Positions 11,383 to 25,474 of a DNA stretch of 64,000 bases are shown here, one piece after another. How positions within the stretch are numbered: the stretch's first letter is position 1; every line of letters begins with the position of its first letter. Source of the DNA: Octopus vulgaris. Its lineage: Eukaryota. Position numbers and translations under genes: made by a program. The stretch lies in the NCBI GenBank assembly GCA_951406725.2, contig OX597820.1, forward strand, positions 67,828,001 to 67,892,000, written 5' to 3'. Under the pieces are notes generated by a model that was not told where the DNA came from, searched no databases, and saw only the letters and a program-made list of their open reading frames with translations.

Positions 11383-11600
11383 AGGCGCAGGTATGGCTGC
11401 ATGGTTATGGAGCACGCATTCAACCACATGGTTTTCTGGTTCAGTTCTACAAATGTTTGCCTTTGTCCGTTCCACTGAATGGGAACCGGTGTTGGTTTGG
11501 TTATGCGCCCATAACTTAGAGGTTTGGCAAGAAAGACACGTACAGTATGAAGCTTCAAAATTAAGTTCTGGTATCGATCTGTTCGATTAAAACCTTTCAA
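11383..11600 (+). mobile_element. Degraded, internally deleted SINE A
   Basis: GGCGCAGGTATGGCTGCATGG...CAACCACATGGTT head and an AACTTAG..GGCAAGAAAGAC body remnant. Confidence 0.6.
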
Positions 11601-12089
11601 GTAAAAGATTAAAGATTAAAGATAGACGATAAGTTGACGGCCAAACGTTTTGCCAAACTCACGTCTTGTTTGTAAGTGAATAACGATGGCTTCTGATTTA
11701 CACATAAATCCACAATTTTGAGAGAAGAGCATTAGTGAACACTGTCAACTTTAGTACTTGACTCGTACTTTATTTTATCGATCTCTGAAAGGCAAAGTTC
11801 ACTCCAGTAGGAATTGAACTCAAAATGTAAAGCGTCCGGACAAAATACAGCAAAGTATTTATTCCGACTCACCACAAAGTCTAATTCTTGTTGTGGTGTA
11901 GTGGATCGTATGCAGTAGTTACCCTGCGAGTTACGCCAACGGAGCACGCTCTCCCAGCAAAGCCGCCGAAGTCAGAGGCTTGAAGCCTGTCTAATATGGA
12001 TCATCTTATCCCTTGAAGTAAAAATGGGTTTGCTTAAGGTAAACATATCTAGAAAAAGTAAGCAAAATTACAGTTGCATCGATGACAAT

Positions 12090-12262
12090 TCAAAACCAAC
12101 AAGGTAGTGGGAGAGGAAGGCCTTGCACGGAGCAGCAAATACGAAAGAAAGCGGTAATAGCGACTTCCATTTCTGACAGTCCAGGGTCGAGAACAGTGGA
12201 GGAAAGTCCACAATGGCCTATACTCTATAGGGATCGTTGGACCCAAGATAACGAAGAAGAAT
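12090..12262 (+). mobile_element. Possible RTE-like LINE 3' end remnant
   Basis: GRGRP motif and VQGREQWRKVHNGLYS (cf. AQDR..WR....LCS) in shifted frames, with a short (GAA)n tail. Confidence 0.4.
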
Positions 12263-12306
12263 TTGCTCCGACGTTCTAATAATTGTGTTAAACACCAGAC
12301 TTGTTA

Positions 12307-12590
12307 TCTATATATATAAAACTGAGAATGTGTGTCTGTTTGTCTGTCTGTGTGAATCCCTAAAAATTGAGAACTACACAACCAATTTCATTCAAATTTT
12401 ACACATGCGTTACTTAGGGTCCATGTAGTGTCATGGGGAAAAAAACGTCTTGCCTAGGGCGAGCCCACAGCAATATCATATCTTCTCCACTATTTCAGTC
12501 TTACGTGTTAAAAGTGAAACAAAAACATCTCCCTATTGTAATGTCACATGCTTTCACTTTAAAACTGAAACTATTAAAGTGAAAGTATTA
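12307..12590 (+). mobile_element. 5' part of a non-autonomous Helitron-like element
   Basis: Starts A|TCTATATATATAAAACTGAG..TGTGTGTCTG, like the Helitron 5' ends at 63786 and 37407. No 3' CTAG/hairpin found. Confidence 0.55.
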
Positions 12591-12656
12591 TATAAGAGGG
12601 ATGAGCCATTAACAGTGGACATCCATTTTGCTAGAAGAAGATCCGCTATGGTATTC

Positions 12657-12704
<48 letters not shown>

Positions 12705-12749
12705 TACCTGTATATGTAAACATGTATATGTATAGGTGTATTTCTATAG

Positions 12750-13775
12750 AAACAGCCTGGGATGGTATGTCAAATAGCAGAGTAAACACTACACTTGCTT
12801 GCCGCAGTTAGAAATAGCAACGCAATACTTACCGAAAATGTTTCGCACCCAAAGGCATTTAAGAAAGAAGGTGAAGAACAGAGAATAAAATAACTGGAAA
12901 ATGAAAACAATGCATGGGCAATACGTGTGGGAAATCGAAGGTAAAGACAAAACTAACACCCGGTGGTGACTAAGGAAAAGTAACCTGAAAGGATGCACTG
13001 AAGCATTGATATGCAGCGCCCAAGAACTAGCTCTGAGAACTAATTTCCCCTAGTTCCAAATACATAAGAGCAGTGAATCGCCCCTTTGTAGGATGTGTGG
13101 CAGCAAAAACGAATCAATCTCCCATGTTGTGAGTGCGTGTAATAAACAGGTCTAAAAGTACTACAGAAGGAAGAACGATAACGTGGTTAAGTTTGTTCAC
13201 TGGAGATTGTGTGAAAAGTACAGCCTTGGAAGAATACAGAAATGGTCCGAGGATGAACCAGAAGGCATCACTGAGAACAATGAATATAAGATCTTGTGGA
13301 ATATTGTACAATCCAATGTGACTGCCTAATTGATGTTTGGAGACCAGACATTATTGTATTAGATAAAAAGGAGAAAGGAAACTAAGATCATAGATATTGC
13401 CATAGAAGGGAAAGCACGCGTAGATGACAAAGAGCTGGAGAAAATGGGAAAGTAGGAGTTATTGAAAGATGAAATTGCAAGAATGTGGGAAATGAAGAGA
13501 GTCACTCGGAGGACTAACAACCAAGTTCAAGAAACATGTCGGAGAAATTGGATTTGACATCAAGGCAGAGAATGACCTGCAAAACTACTCTATTGGGGAC
13601 AGGTAGGATTTTGAAATTGGTACTTGGCTATTGAGTATCTTCCATGACACTTAACGCCTAAGCACCAAGTCTTATAATTCACGGAAAGTGACCATGCGGA
13701 ACTTTTGACAACAGGATGCTCTCACAGAATTAACCAGAGCAAGTAAGATCGACTGCTCCGAGAAGTAAAATATGA
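12750..13775 (+). pseudogene. R4/Dong-type (RLE clade) non-LTR retrotransposon, decayed C-terminal part and 3'UTR
   Basis: MHGQY, LKGCTEALICSAQELALRTN, CRMC..ESISHVVSAC zinc knuckle, RPDIIVLDK...IIDIAI PD-(D/E)xK nuclease, with stops and frameshifts. Followed by (TAA)n. Confidence 0.85.
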
Positions 13776-13865
13776 TAATAATAATAATAATAATAATAAT
13801 GATAATAATAATAATAATGATAATAATAATAATAATGATAATAATAATAATAATAATAATAATAA
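13776..13865. repeat. (TAA)n microsatellite between two RLE-LINE fragments
   Basis: Direct reading: (AAT)n with occasional GAT. Confidence 0.95.
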
Positions 13866-14562
13866 GCAACTTTGGACCCCCATAACAACTGAAGAGGTCA
13901 CCCAGGCACTGCAAAGACTAAGCAACTGGAAGGCACCTGGGCATGACAAGATCCCCAACTTCTGGTTGAAATATCTAACAGGAATGCACAAAAAGCTGGC
14001 TGAAAACTTTAACAGCATGCTAGCAGAGCCAGAGACAATGCCTGAATGGCTCACGAAGGGGAAAACCATATTAATTCCCAAATCAAATGAGACAGCAAAA
14101 CCAGAAAACTACAGACCAATAACCTGTCTCCCTACAATATACAAGGTACTTACCGCAGTGATATCGCAAAGGTTGAACAAGCACCTGGACGAAAACAACC
14201 TGTTTCTAGAAGAGCAGAAAGGATGCCGCAAAGGCATAACTGAAGACAGCCATAGAAAGAAGAAAGGCATCAGTATGGCCTGGATCGATTACAAAAAGGC
14301 GTTTGATAGCATCCCCCACACATGGATCCTCGAAACACTAGCCATTAACAAAGTAGCACCAACCCTTATAAAATTCATAGGGCACTCTACGAATAAATGG
14401 CAAACCGTGCTACAGCTCCAAACAAAAGAGGGACTCATGAAAACCAAAGCCATCCCCATTAGAAGAGGAATATTCCAGGGAGACACTCTCTCTCCACTCT
14501 TTTTCTGCTTGGCACTGTCACCTCTATCTGATATGCTAAATAGAACTGGATGCGGATATAGT
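13866..14562 (+). pseudogene. R4/Dong-type reverse transcriptase fragment (truncated both ends)
   Basis: NWKAPGHDKIPNFWLK, ENYRPITCLPTIYK, WIDYKKAFDSIPH, GIFQGDTLSPLFFCLAL. Internal deletion after QKGCRKG; ends before the YxDD motif. Confidence 0.9.
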
Positions 14563-16704
14563 TTCCACATGCAGTGTTCATTTGACTATACAGACTGTGC
14601 ATAGTCAAACGCAGTCCTTAGAGCATTGTGTTCCTATCCTATACCAATGATACCCAATCCTCTCATGCCTCTTCAACTCCTTTTCTGTCCGTCTCTGAAC
14701 TCTCTAAGTTTCTCTCTTCCATAAACACAAAACTTGTGTACCGTCATCCTCAGGAACGATAGTTTCTCAGCTTGCAAATTGTCCATTGACCTCTGCACCG
14801 CACCTAGACCCAGCTACACTGATCTGCCCAGGTGAATTCGTACTTCGACCACTTTTCACTCAAACTTTATTTCATTTCACATCATACATCTCCTGCACAA
14901 CCGATATCCTCCTTCACAATAATTACATTATCTTTCGCTGGTTCTCTACTTCTTTACATCAAACATTTACTTCTTTCATTTTATCTTACCCAGTTTTGCG
15001 TTGTAAATAATGATGACCCTATATTTTCGCTAAACAAAGAAATTAAAATGTTCGAAATGTTAGATTCTTTTCTTCTTCACTGCTACTCAAACCATTGATA
15101 TTTTCTACGAACCTTCATTGGGGGATAGTTTTGTTTTTAGCCCCAAGTTAGCCCTGATCGAGAAGCCTTATGATCAAATGCATTTTACCCGCGACCATAC
15201 CATCTCATTTTCAAACATTGTGTACTCAAGGTTACATCCAACGTATCTTTTTTTTAAAAAAATTATAGAGTGATTTTCATAAAATGTTTCTTCTCTTCCT
15301 TGTATGTTAAAAGGATATGTTATTGTAATGGAAATACGATAGAGTTAGTGAAGGGAAAGAAAAGGAAAAACGCATACAACTAGATTGATTCTATTATGAC
15401 TAGTAAGTATGTTTCCATAGTGATAAAGGAATCGAATTTCTATTTATAGTGATACTAATACCGAAATAATAATTCCAGTAAATTAATCAATGCTACCAAC
15501 ATTTAATTTAAATGTAATTTCAAATATGTGTTGAATTAAATGTTGCCTCGAGTGATGAAGTTGATGGATCATTATAATCATGTGCAGTCTGTCAATATTT
15601 GTGTTAAATTAATGTTGGCTACATTTAATGTTATAAAACAGAGATGAAAATAAAAGCTGCAACCCCCAAAGCAATCATACCATCAATATTTGAAAGAGAA
15701 AACCTTTCAGATGGGGACTTCATAAGAAATTCTAAGATATAATGATAAATCACTATAGCAATCTAGTTCCGATGCAAGCAGAATATTTCTTGTTGGTTTA
15801 CATTAACTTCTAAATTTTTTTACAACTACTTAGAAAGTCCTTATAATTTTATGAATTAATGATACATAGGTCGTAATGTTCCTTTTCTTTACAAATATAT
15901 CGGGATGCGTGTGAAATGAAATAACTATGACAGGGAAACAAAACTACGTTGAGGGTTCGGTTCTCCGTGGGTTTTCTTATCTCTGCCGTCTAAAGTGCAT
16001 GCGCCGTAGGGTGCTACTGCGTGATCGGTAGGTCCGTTATAAATAGCTGTAAAATATCCCTGAATTTACACCCTACTTTATTGAAAAATAATGATTAAGC
16101 CCCTAAATGCATTGATTTAGGGAAATGCGAGATTACTTCAAAGGCTGCTATCATATACTTCTGTCAGCAAAAATTATAATAGCGCTGGTTTTCGTGATAA
16201 TCATGCAAAAACCAAACTGTATGTGATGACAAACATTGCGATCTTTTAATACTAATCCTTCTCTTTCTTCGCCTTCTACATATTTTCATCATATACATCC
16301 GTAATAATTTTTATTCTAGATTATACCCTTTCTTTCTCATCATTGTTTTAACGCAATTAAAGTTCACAATCTTATCTTCTTATCTTCTTTCTATCACATT
16401 TTCTAAGATTTGGCTATAGCTGACATGGTAGTAACTTATAGAAAGAACTGGACGAAAGACAACCAGAACCAATCATTTTTTACTAGTGAGAAAGATCTTC
16501 GAAAAAGACTATATCTTGATGGGAGAGAAAAGGAGGGAGTATATTAAGTCTTGAATAGAGAATTAACGACGAATTTGAAACGTAATATAATTTCTGACAT
16601 AACTCGAAATGAGAAGAGAAACTGGATCGGGAACTAATGCCACCAAAACATTATGATTTTGTCTATTTAAATACCATTTAAAATACCGTTGATACCTGCG
16701 AATT

Positions 16705-17095
16705 ATCTTTTATCTTCTACTTGCTTTAGTCATTGGACTGCTGTCATCGCATGGAAAAGAGTTTTAGTCAAACAAATCGATCCCAATACCTATTTGTTTT
16801 TAAAGATGGTGATTCTGTCTTTTTTTTTTACCGAAGTACTAAGTTACGGAGGCCTAAATAAATCAATACCAGTGGTCAAGCGGTGATGGTGAGCAGACAG
16901 ATACTAAGACACACGCATGCACATATATATGTATAAATTGGACTTCAGTATCTGTCTACCAAACCCACTCAGAAAACTTTGGTCGACCCGAAACTGTAGC
17001 CGAAGAGACTCGCATAAGGTGCCACGCAGTGGAACTGAACCCAGAACCACGTAGTTGGGAAGTAAACTTCTTACCATACAAGTTAAGCCTGCGCT
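16705..17095 (-). mobile_element. Degraded SINE A
   Basis: Reverse-complement similarity to the SINE A head (GCCACGCAGTGGAACTGAACCC) and tail (GTCATTGGACTGC). Confidence 0.75.
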
Positions 17096-18176
17096 TAATT
17101 ATTTAATTTTAAAAGAATTCTATTGGTCTCTAAAAATATACAGATTTCGGTGTTTCAATCGATGACACACATTCCCACAAACATGGCAAGATTATATTTA
17201 TGAATAAAAGCTCAAAACATGGTTCATAACAACCAGTCATCTTTCGTATTTGCTGAATGAAAGCATATTATTCATCAACTTCTATTATTTCTATGTTTTC
17301 GCTGCATAATTTCTATTTATTTAGAATTTTTTAAATGTCCTAAGCTTTAAAAATACCTTCACCCACATCAATAATACTCAAACTTTCTTCTTTATCTCAC
17401 GCATGCAATGGACGAATGGTATCGTTAGATAATTTTTATATAATCAATTTATCTTTTGTTTTACCGTTCGTTTACTCGTTTCAGTCACTGGACTGCTACT
17501 ACTCTGGTGCACTGTAGTGAAGGGATACAAAATTTGTCAGAAGTTTTCATATAAACGGAATCGATATGCTGTTTAATGTTTACTCTTTGCAACGGCACCC
17601 GAATTGGAAACTGAATTATTTCCCTTTTTGATTGATGTTATATGGTTCCTTCCTTGTAGAAATAGAAAAAATAATGAGAAAGAAAGCAAGCAAGAGTGAA
17701 AGCGATATAGATAGGTAGTTATTTCGACAGTTGTAACATTCTTAGAAGATAAATTCGAAAAGTCATTAGAGCGATACATAGAACACCTTCTGAAGTATGT
17801 CCCCGTTCCGTTCTGAGTTCAAATCCTATAGAGATCAACTTTCACTTTCATCTATACGTAATCTTCAAATAAAGTGCTATGAAGAACTAAGGTGGATATT
17901 TTTTTGTCTTCTTTCCTCCATTGTCTCAGAAATTTGCCGAAAAAAGGCAACAGGAAATCACCTTTGTTTCCTCACTTGTAAATTCTTAGCAAACACCTAA
18001 TTTCGACTTGATTGCCCAATACATAGTCTTCTTGGTTCCTTAATAAAAAAAATAATGATTGACATTTCTAAATGGGAAGAGAACCCATTTAAAGTTGGAA
18101 ACTAATCTGAAAATGTATCTTTATTTTTCATTGGGATCACTTGAAGATGTATTTTAGTATTTAGTTATATCTCTTT

Positions 18177-18224
<48 letters not shown>

Positions 18225-18489
18225 TTGTCAGTTGGGCCATACGTTTCACCAACAGTTGTATCTTTCGCTGCCAATGTAAGAAATCCATAATCTAAGGGTT
18301 CATGTTTAAAACTTAGTATTTGAATGAATTTTTAGAAGTTCAGGATATCAACTTCTGTTATAAGTTATGGCTACTTACGCTCTACATCCAAATTCTACAG
18401 TTAGCTTACATTTCATCATTCTAGGAGCGATTGAAAAAAAAGGGCAATACCACCCCTCCTCAAAGGCTGTGAATTTCTACAATAACTCT

Positions 18490-18887
18490 TTCTACTGGAA
18501 GCACAAAGCCTCAAATTTGGGGAAAGGATTAAGTCGATTACATTGACCCAATGGGCAACTGGTAGCTATTTAATTGACCCCGAAAGAACGAAAGGCAAAG
18601 TCGACCTCGGTGGAATTTGAACACATAACGTAACGTTAAAAATATAGTACTGTTAACAAAAATATATTATTTTTTGTCCACAAGGGGCTAAACAGAGAGG
18701 GGACAAACAAAGCGATTAAGTCGAATCCTCGACTGTTAGTGCATAAATGGTACTTATTTAATTGATCCCAAAAGAATGAAATGCAAAGTCGACCTCGGCG
18801 GAATTTGAACTCATAACGTAACGGCAGACGAAGTATCGCTAAGCGTTTCGTCCAGGGTGCTAACGATTTTACCAGCTCACCGCCTTG
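18490..18887 (-). mobile_element. Dimeric SINE B (first unit with Tx1-like tail, second unit lacking head)
   Basis: Two tandem GTCGACCTCGG.GGAATTTGAAC blocks. Same architecture as 59053-59445. Confidence 0.75.
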
Positions 18888-19164
18888 ATTTGCTACAACA
18901 ATATCATGCATTTATAGCGTAATATAATAATTTATTTCATTTGCAAAATATTGCAAATATGCCTTACATTTATAAACTATTACACAAACATATTACTGTT
19001 GTAAAGAGTAACAACAATATATTACATCAATAAAGGATTTCAATGATACATTGTAGTGACATTGCATTACATCCATATATTATAATCATAAAGTATCACA
19101 ACACTATATTATAAAATATAAAGCGGCATTTTGGGCTAGTGCCGTCGACCATTTGGTCCTCTTG

Positions 19165-19475
19165 TAAGTGGATTTGGTAGGTGGAAACTGAAAGAAAGCC
19201 GTCGTATATATAAATATCTAAGTGCGTATGTGTATGTGTGTGTGTCTTTCCGTTCGTCATCCACCACCGCTTGACAACCGGTGCTGGTTTGTTTACGTCC
19301 TCGTAACCAAGTGTTTCGGCAAAAGCGACCGATGGAACAAGTACCAGGTTTTTACAAAAAAAAAAAAAAAAGAAATTGCAAAAAGTTATAAGTGCCAGAG
19401 TCGATTCATGCAACAAAATTTGTTCAAGGCGGTGCTCCAGCGCGGCCGCACTTCTTAATGTTTGAAACAAATAAA
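19165..19475 (+). mobile_element. 5'-truncated SINE A
   Basis: GTGGATTTGGTAG..GAAACTGAAAGAA...AAGGCGGTGCTCCAG..GAAACAA. Confidence 0.75.
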
Positions 19476-20930
19476 TGATAACAGATTACATTTATAAAGT
19501 ATAGCGAACTATTACATTTATAAAAATATTGCCGCCAATTTATCATATTTATAAAATATTACAACATATTACGTTTATAAAGCATTTCAATCTTTTATTA
19601 CATTCATAAAGCCGATTGCAATAACATATTTACAAGTTGATCAACTGTAATATTATACGATAGTGGAAATTGCTAAATACAACAACAAGAAAAGCTGCTA
19701 ATACATTAAAATGTAAAACATGTGATTTACTTAAAGCGAATTACACGAATTATAGATTTAAAATTATAAAAGTGAAAGCTGTGAGTAAGTCTTTGGGAAG
19801 ATGTGTATTATTAACAAGGAATTTATCTAAGTAAAAATTGAAAAAAATAGTCTTAATCGAAAATATAAGCTGCTGCTGTTGCTGCTGCCACGGCTGAAAA
19901 TATATAATTTATGTTGAAGTAGTTTTAGGGATTTAACGAATTATGTTTTTAAAATCATTAAAATATTTTAGGATTTTTCAATAAAAATTTTTCTCAAGCT
20001 CATTGTGATAACTTCGAGGCTAAAATGAAATAAAGTAAAAAATAAATATAATAATGCAATAAATATATAAAATTAGGATTGACGTGGGTGTGTGTAGGTG
20101 TGCGCACGCGTATGTGTATGTTGTGTGTGAGTGTGAGTGTGAGTGTGTGTGTGTATGGGGAGATATGTTCTATGGGGTGGGGTTTTATTTTCTCAATTAA
20201 AAGGGAACGAAAGCAAAAACAAAAAATAATATACAGAAAATGAAATAAAACACTACTGACATTACAAAACTAACAACTATATAAAGAATACAAGAAAATA
20301 TGTATAAAAAAAAATACCGAAGCAAGTATTAAGTGACGAGACTGAAGATGATGATGAGAACGCAATAACGAATAGAAACGAAGAGATTTGGGCAAAAAGG
20401 AAGAACCAAAAACCATAACAAAAGCAAAAAAAAAAAAAACCCTTTTCAGAAGGAAATTTCATTCTAAAGAAATACTAAGAAGAATTGCTCAAAATGCGTG
20501 TAATAAATAACTTTTGCTTGGCTGGGTTCTTTTTTTGGCTGGTAGTTGAAGAGTTATTTTTCGGTTCTTCTTCTTTTCGTTTTTGTATTCGGGATACGAG
20601 AAAAAGGAGAGTGAGAGATCGGGGGGGGGGGGTAATGAAGACAGACATAGAAGGAGAGAGAGAGAGAGAGAGAGAGAGAGTGTGTGTGTGAATGTGTGTG
20701 TGTGTGTTGGAGAGGTAAGGTGTTGTGCTTACAATGACTGATGTTATATGAAGACAGGTATGAAGTGGCGAAACGATGATTCCAGGCAATTATGACGTAA
20801 ATTATGACGCTATTATTGTCCTTCTGGTTTCAGTGGTGGATAGTGTTCTTGAGATTGTTGTTGTTGTTGTTGTTGTTGTTGCGGTAATTGCAGTTGTTGC
20901 TGTTGACAACATAAACTTGGGAAAGATTTT

Positions 20931-20973
<43 letters not shown>

Positions 20974-21007
20974 TAATAGAGATGAGATGAAAATGCTGCG
21001 GCTGCTA

Positions 21008-21038
<31 letters not shown>

Positions 21039-21313
21039 GGACCACAATAATGACGAAGATAATTAAATGAAATGATATACATGAATAACAAATGTAGCAT
21101 TACATTACATGGCGGAATGCGAGAAATGAATATATACATACGTCTATCCATACATTCAAGATAAGAATTATACATTCATTCATTCATTCATTTGTCTCTC
21201 TTTCTCCTTCTCTCTCTCTCTCCTTTTCTGTCTGTCTCCATTACCACTCTCTCTCTCTCTCACTCTCTTTTTCTCGTATCACTAAAACAAAAGGAAAAAG
21301 GAAAAAAAACTGA

Positions 21314-21359
<46 letters not shown>

Positions 21360-21454
21360 TATATACATGTTGTGTGTGTGTTTGTATGTATATGTATATA
21401 TACACATATACATACACACACGCACACATATATATATGTGTATATATGTATGTA

Positions 21455-21505
<51 letters not shown>

Positions 21506-22606
21506 TAATAATTTGTAGGATTCATTTCAATCAACGTATTTTAAGATTTAGGACACCAGGGCGAGGGTCGAGGTAGGCCTACACATCGCTATATATACCA
21601 TGTACGAATATATCCGTAAATACTCATGCATTACACGGACTATCAAAACTCACACATATCCATACACATACACGTACATATACATGTACACACAACGATG
21701 CATATATGTATAGATAAGCATGTATATGAAAGTATTTGCGTAATGTACAGCAGCGTGCGGTATCACGATCCAATGTAAGTCCCAGATCCAACAGGTAAGT
21801 TTCCGGGTATTTTGCTTACATAAAATAAGAATAAAAATTGTTTAAAAACCCGTTTTCTTCAGGTGAGTTAAAAATGAAAAATTTGGTGTGGAGAAAAAAT
21901 TTCCGAGATGTGGAATGTGGACTGACCCTCTCATCTCGGTATTGATGAAGAACGTGAGGACATTCAGAGATTTAACCAGATTTCATGGGCATATAGATCA
22001 TAAATCAATCAACCGACAATGCCACATTTAACCAGATGACCAGAGATAAAAGAGAAGAGGAAGACAGAGAGAAAGAAATAGGAAGTAGAGGGAAAAGATG
22101 CTAGATTAGTGTGGTCAGGACAAATATCCTAACGTCGGCAGAGAATTACTACTGACCTGTAGATAATCAAACGGGTACCTTTACGATAACAGATACCTGG
22201 GTGCACTCATGTTAGTCACACTTACAAGCAAACACACACATATGTATATGTGTATATATATTAACAAATACATTTGCGGATGAACTTATACACATACACG
22301 AGCACATATGCATATGTATACACACAAATTCAAACAATTATACATGCATACATAAATGTACACACATATGTATGTACCTACACACATACATACGTACATA
22401 CATATATATATACATAAATACATACACAGACACACATTTATGCATACATACATACATACATACATACATACACACACATATATATACATCAATACATCTA
22501 CTTGTACGTATACACACCTATATATGCACAAGCTTACACTCACAAAGGTACCCGTACATATACATATATATATGAGCATTCACATACACGAATACAAGGA
22601 TTTATC

Positions 22607-22656
<50 letters not shown>

Positions 22657-23480
22657 GAGAGAGAGAGAGATAGAGAGATAAAGATATATATATGTATAAA
22701 CATATAATATACATATATGTACAATATATACATACATTCATACATATATGTTTGTGTCCGTATGTATATGCATTTATTAAATTCATGTATGCATGTATGT
22801 AAAGAGGTGTGTGTATGTGTTTATGAGTATGTATATATTTTACTATAACACATACACACATACATAGCTTTTAATTAGCTCTATTGCAAAATAACGAGCG
22901 CTATTGTTGCATTAAAATTCTGTTAATAATAACATATATATTGTGGAATCTAACTTAATACTTAGAGTTTCCTTAACAGGTCACTTTATGATGCTAATTT
23001 ATCTAAATTTATTCTCTTAATGATGTAGCTGTGCATTGTATTACTATTATATTTGTTTCGATTGTCTTGCATTATGGTTCTCTTCTGAAGACATATAAAA
23101 TGCTTCTTTGAAATCGACATGTAGTAATAAGACGTTTTCTTCAATGATGATTGCTATGTAGCCGCATAAAACTTTTAACTCCAAAGTTTCACACACACAT
23201 ATATTTTGATATCTGAAGGTATTTTCTACGCTCGTTACGGTGTATTTAGATACCCAGCTTATCTCTTACACGTCTCAATGCTGGACACTGCGTTGCAGAG
23301 CTTAGGCGAAAAGATCGACTCCATTTTTTATTCACAAGACATTGGTTGGCCCGAGTTTTTTAGTAGAAGACACTTACATAAGGCGCTGTGCTGTGGGATT
23401 GGACCCCAAACCACTTGGTTGCAAAGCGAGCTTCTAAAACACACACCCATGTTTACGCTTAGCCATGCCTGAGCCTGTAT

Positions 23481-23536
<56 letters not shown>

Positions 23537-23629
23537 GTATACACGGACATAATATACATATATGTACAATATATGCATACATTCATATATATATATGTTT
23601 GTATCCGTATGCATATGCAATTCTTAAAT

Positions 23630-23825
23630 GTGACCTCGTACCGTTGGCGATTTTTTTTCATCTGTCTTCCCTTCTCTGGATCTTTCCTTCTCCTATGTTT
23701 TCGACGAAGAGCTCCGCTCGAAACGTTAAACCCTCCTTCTTTCCTTCTTTCCTGAGCGTCCAATAATACTATATTTGTTCCTCGCGTTGTTGTTTTTTTT
23801 TGTGCTTTCTTGTTTGGATTTACTT
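23630..23825 (+). mobile_element. Penelope-like short repeat with hammerhead-like motif (23697-23731)
   Basis: GTTT-TCGACGA-A-GAGC TCC GCTC-GAA-ACGT-T-AAAC. Homologous to 41705-41910. Confidence 0.6.
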
Positions 23826-24231
23826 TATATATATATTTACATTGTTTAATGTGTATGCAGATATTTAACTATAGGAATATATTAACCATGAAACAATTTA
23901 TCAAGCAGTGTTGTGACATTAACATCCATATATTTATAATATATAACACTGTATTTTTCAAATCTCTCTATATTAAATATAATAACACTAACTTGCATAT
24001 TATGTTTCAAGAGCTTGTCATATCCGATTAGTTAAAAACTATGTATATACTTTGAATATACTAATCATTTATGCTTAAATGTACATAGTATTGTAAAGTT
24101 ACTCAATGATACTCCTATCGATATTTCAGTATTTAGAGTGAAAGATATGCTATACTAGTGAGGTTTAATAAGACAGAAACTTATCCGGAGTTCTCTTTCT
24201 GAAATGCTGAAATCTATCTGTCTATCTATCT

Positions 24232-24380
24232 ATTTCAGTGATATACGATCCCTATTGATCGTCTTTTTTTTACGATCCCTTTTGATCGAAGACCTACCCT
24301 TTTTTCCCCCCAAAAAAGAAAAGATCTACTTTGTAATTTGTCTCCACTGTGTTCAGTCCTGTGTGACTAATAAAGAAACA
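24232..24380 (+). mobile_element. Tx1 (second family) 3'UTR-only copy within (TATC)n
   Basis: Aligns with 25086-25299: two GATCCCTWTTGATC motifs, end ...CTGTGTG.CTAATAAAGAAACA. (TCTA)n on both sides. Confidence 0.85.
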
Positions 24381-24450
<70 letters not shown>

Positions 24451-24467
24451 CCTATCTACCTATCTAC

Positions 24468-24510
<43 letters not shown>

Positions 24511-25299
24511 CGAGATGCGGTCAGAGCGACGAAACCGTTCTGCACGCACTCGTTCAGTGTCCAACAATTTCCGACCTGTGGGCTTATGTCGAACAACTGC
24601 TGTCACGTGTGGGACGAGTCGGTTTATCAGCTGAGTCTATCGTCAATATTGTCACGCCTCCTTCCTTCAAACGGGAAGGAAGAGCTATTTTCATCATCCT
24701 TGTGGCTATGGCGAAAGAATGTATCTGGTGGACGCGTCTGAAAGGATTGGAGACAAACACTTTCCTCTCTGGTCAATCTCTCATCAACTTCTTCAAGTAC
24801 CACTTGAAAAGGAAAGTGAGAGTAGAGAGGCAAGTTTTGTCTAGCGAATGTTTTAAAAAAAGATGGGTGAATGTAGCAAGAATGGCACGTATGAATGACG
24901 AAGCCACCTTGAGCATAGTCCTATGAACCCAGAAATCGAAAACAGAGAGTTGCTTATTTGCAAAAAAGAAAAAAAAAGAAATATAAAATGTGACTTCATT
25001 GATCGAGGTTACCGTGGTCTTTTCCGTAGGCTTTTCTTTCCACGGGTAAACCTCACCTGTCCTCCCCTTTACACTTCATATTGACATTTCTGTGATAACG
25101 ATCCCTATTGATCAATTTTTTTTTCCTCTCCCCCTTTTTTTTTAACCCCCCTTTTTTGTCCTCTTTCTCTCCTTTTAGGATCCCTTTTGATCGAAACTCC
25201 CCCCTTCCTTTTTTTTTTTTTTTTAACCCTTCAAAAGAAAATCTCTACCTTGTAATTTGTTCTATCTGTGTGCAGCCCTGTGTGGCTAATAAAGAAACA
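24511..25299 (+). mobile_element. 5'-truncated Tx1 (second family): ORF2 C-terminus + 3'UTR within (TATC)n
   Basis: RCGQSDETVLHALVQC...LSAESIVNIV...SGQSLINFFKYHL, roughly half identical by eye to the C-terminus of ORF2 5567-8968. Stop at 24926. Flanked by (TATC)n on both sides. Confidence 0.9.
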
Positions 25300-25325
25300 T
25301 ATCTATCTATCTATCTGTCTATCTG

Positions 25326-25474
<149 letters not shown>

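Noticed and set aside
23085-23135. CTGAAGA...GAAA hammerhead candidate
   Set aside because: Stem II and stem III pairing not supported.
24204-24926. 240-aa ORF as a host gene
   Set aside because: Chance fusion of a Tx1 3'UTR, (TATC)n and a Tx1 ORF2 C-terminus.
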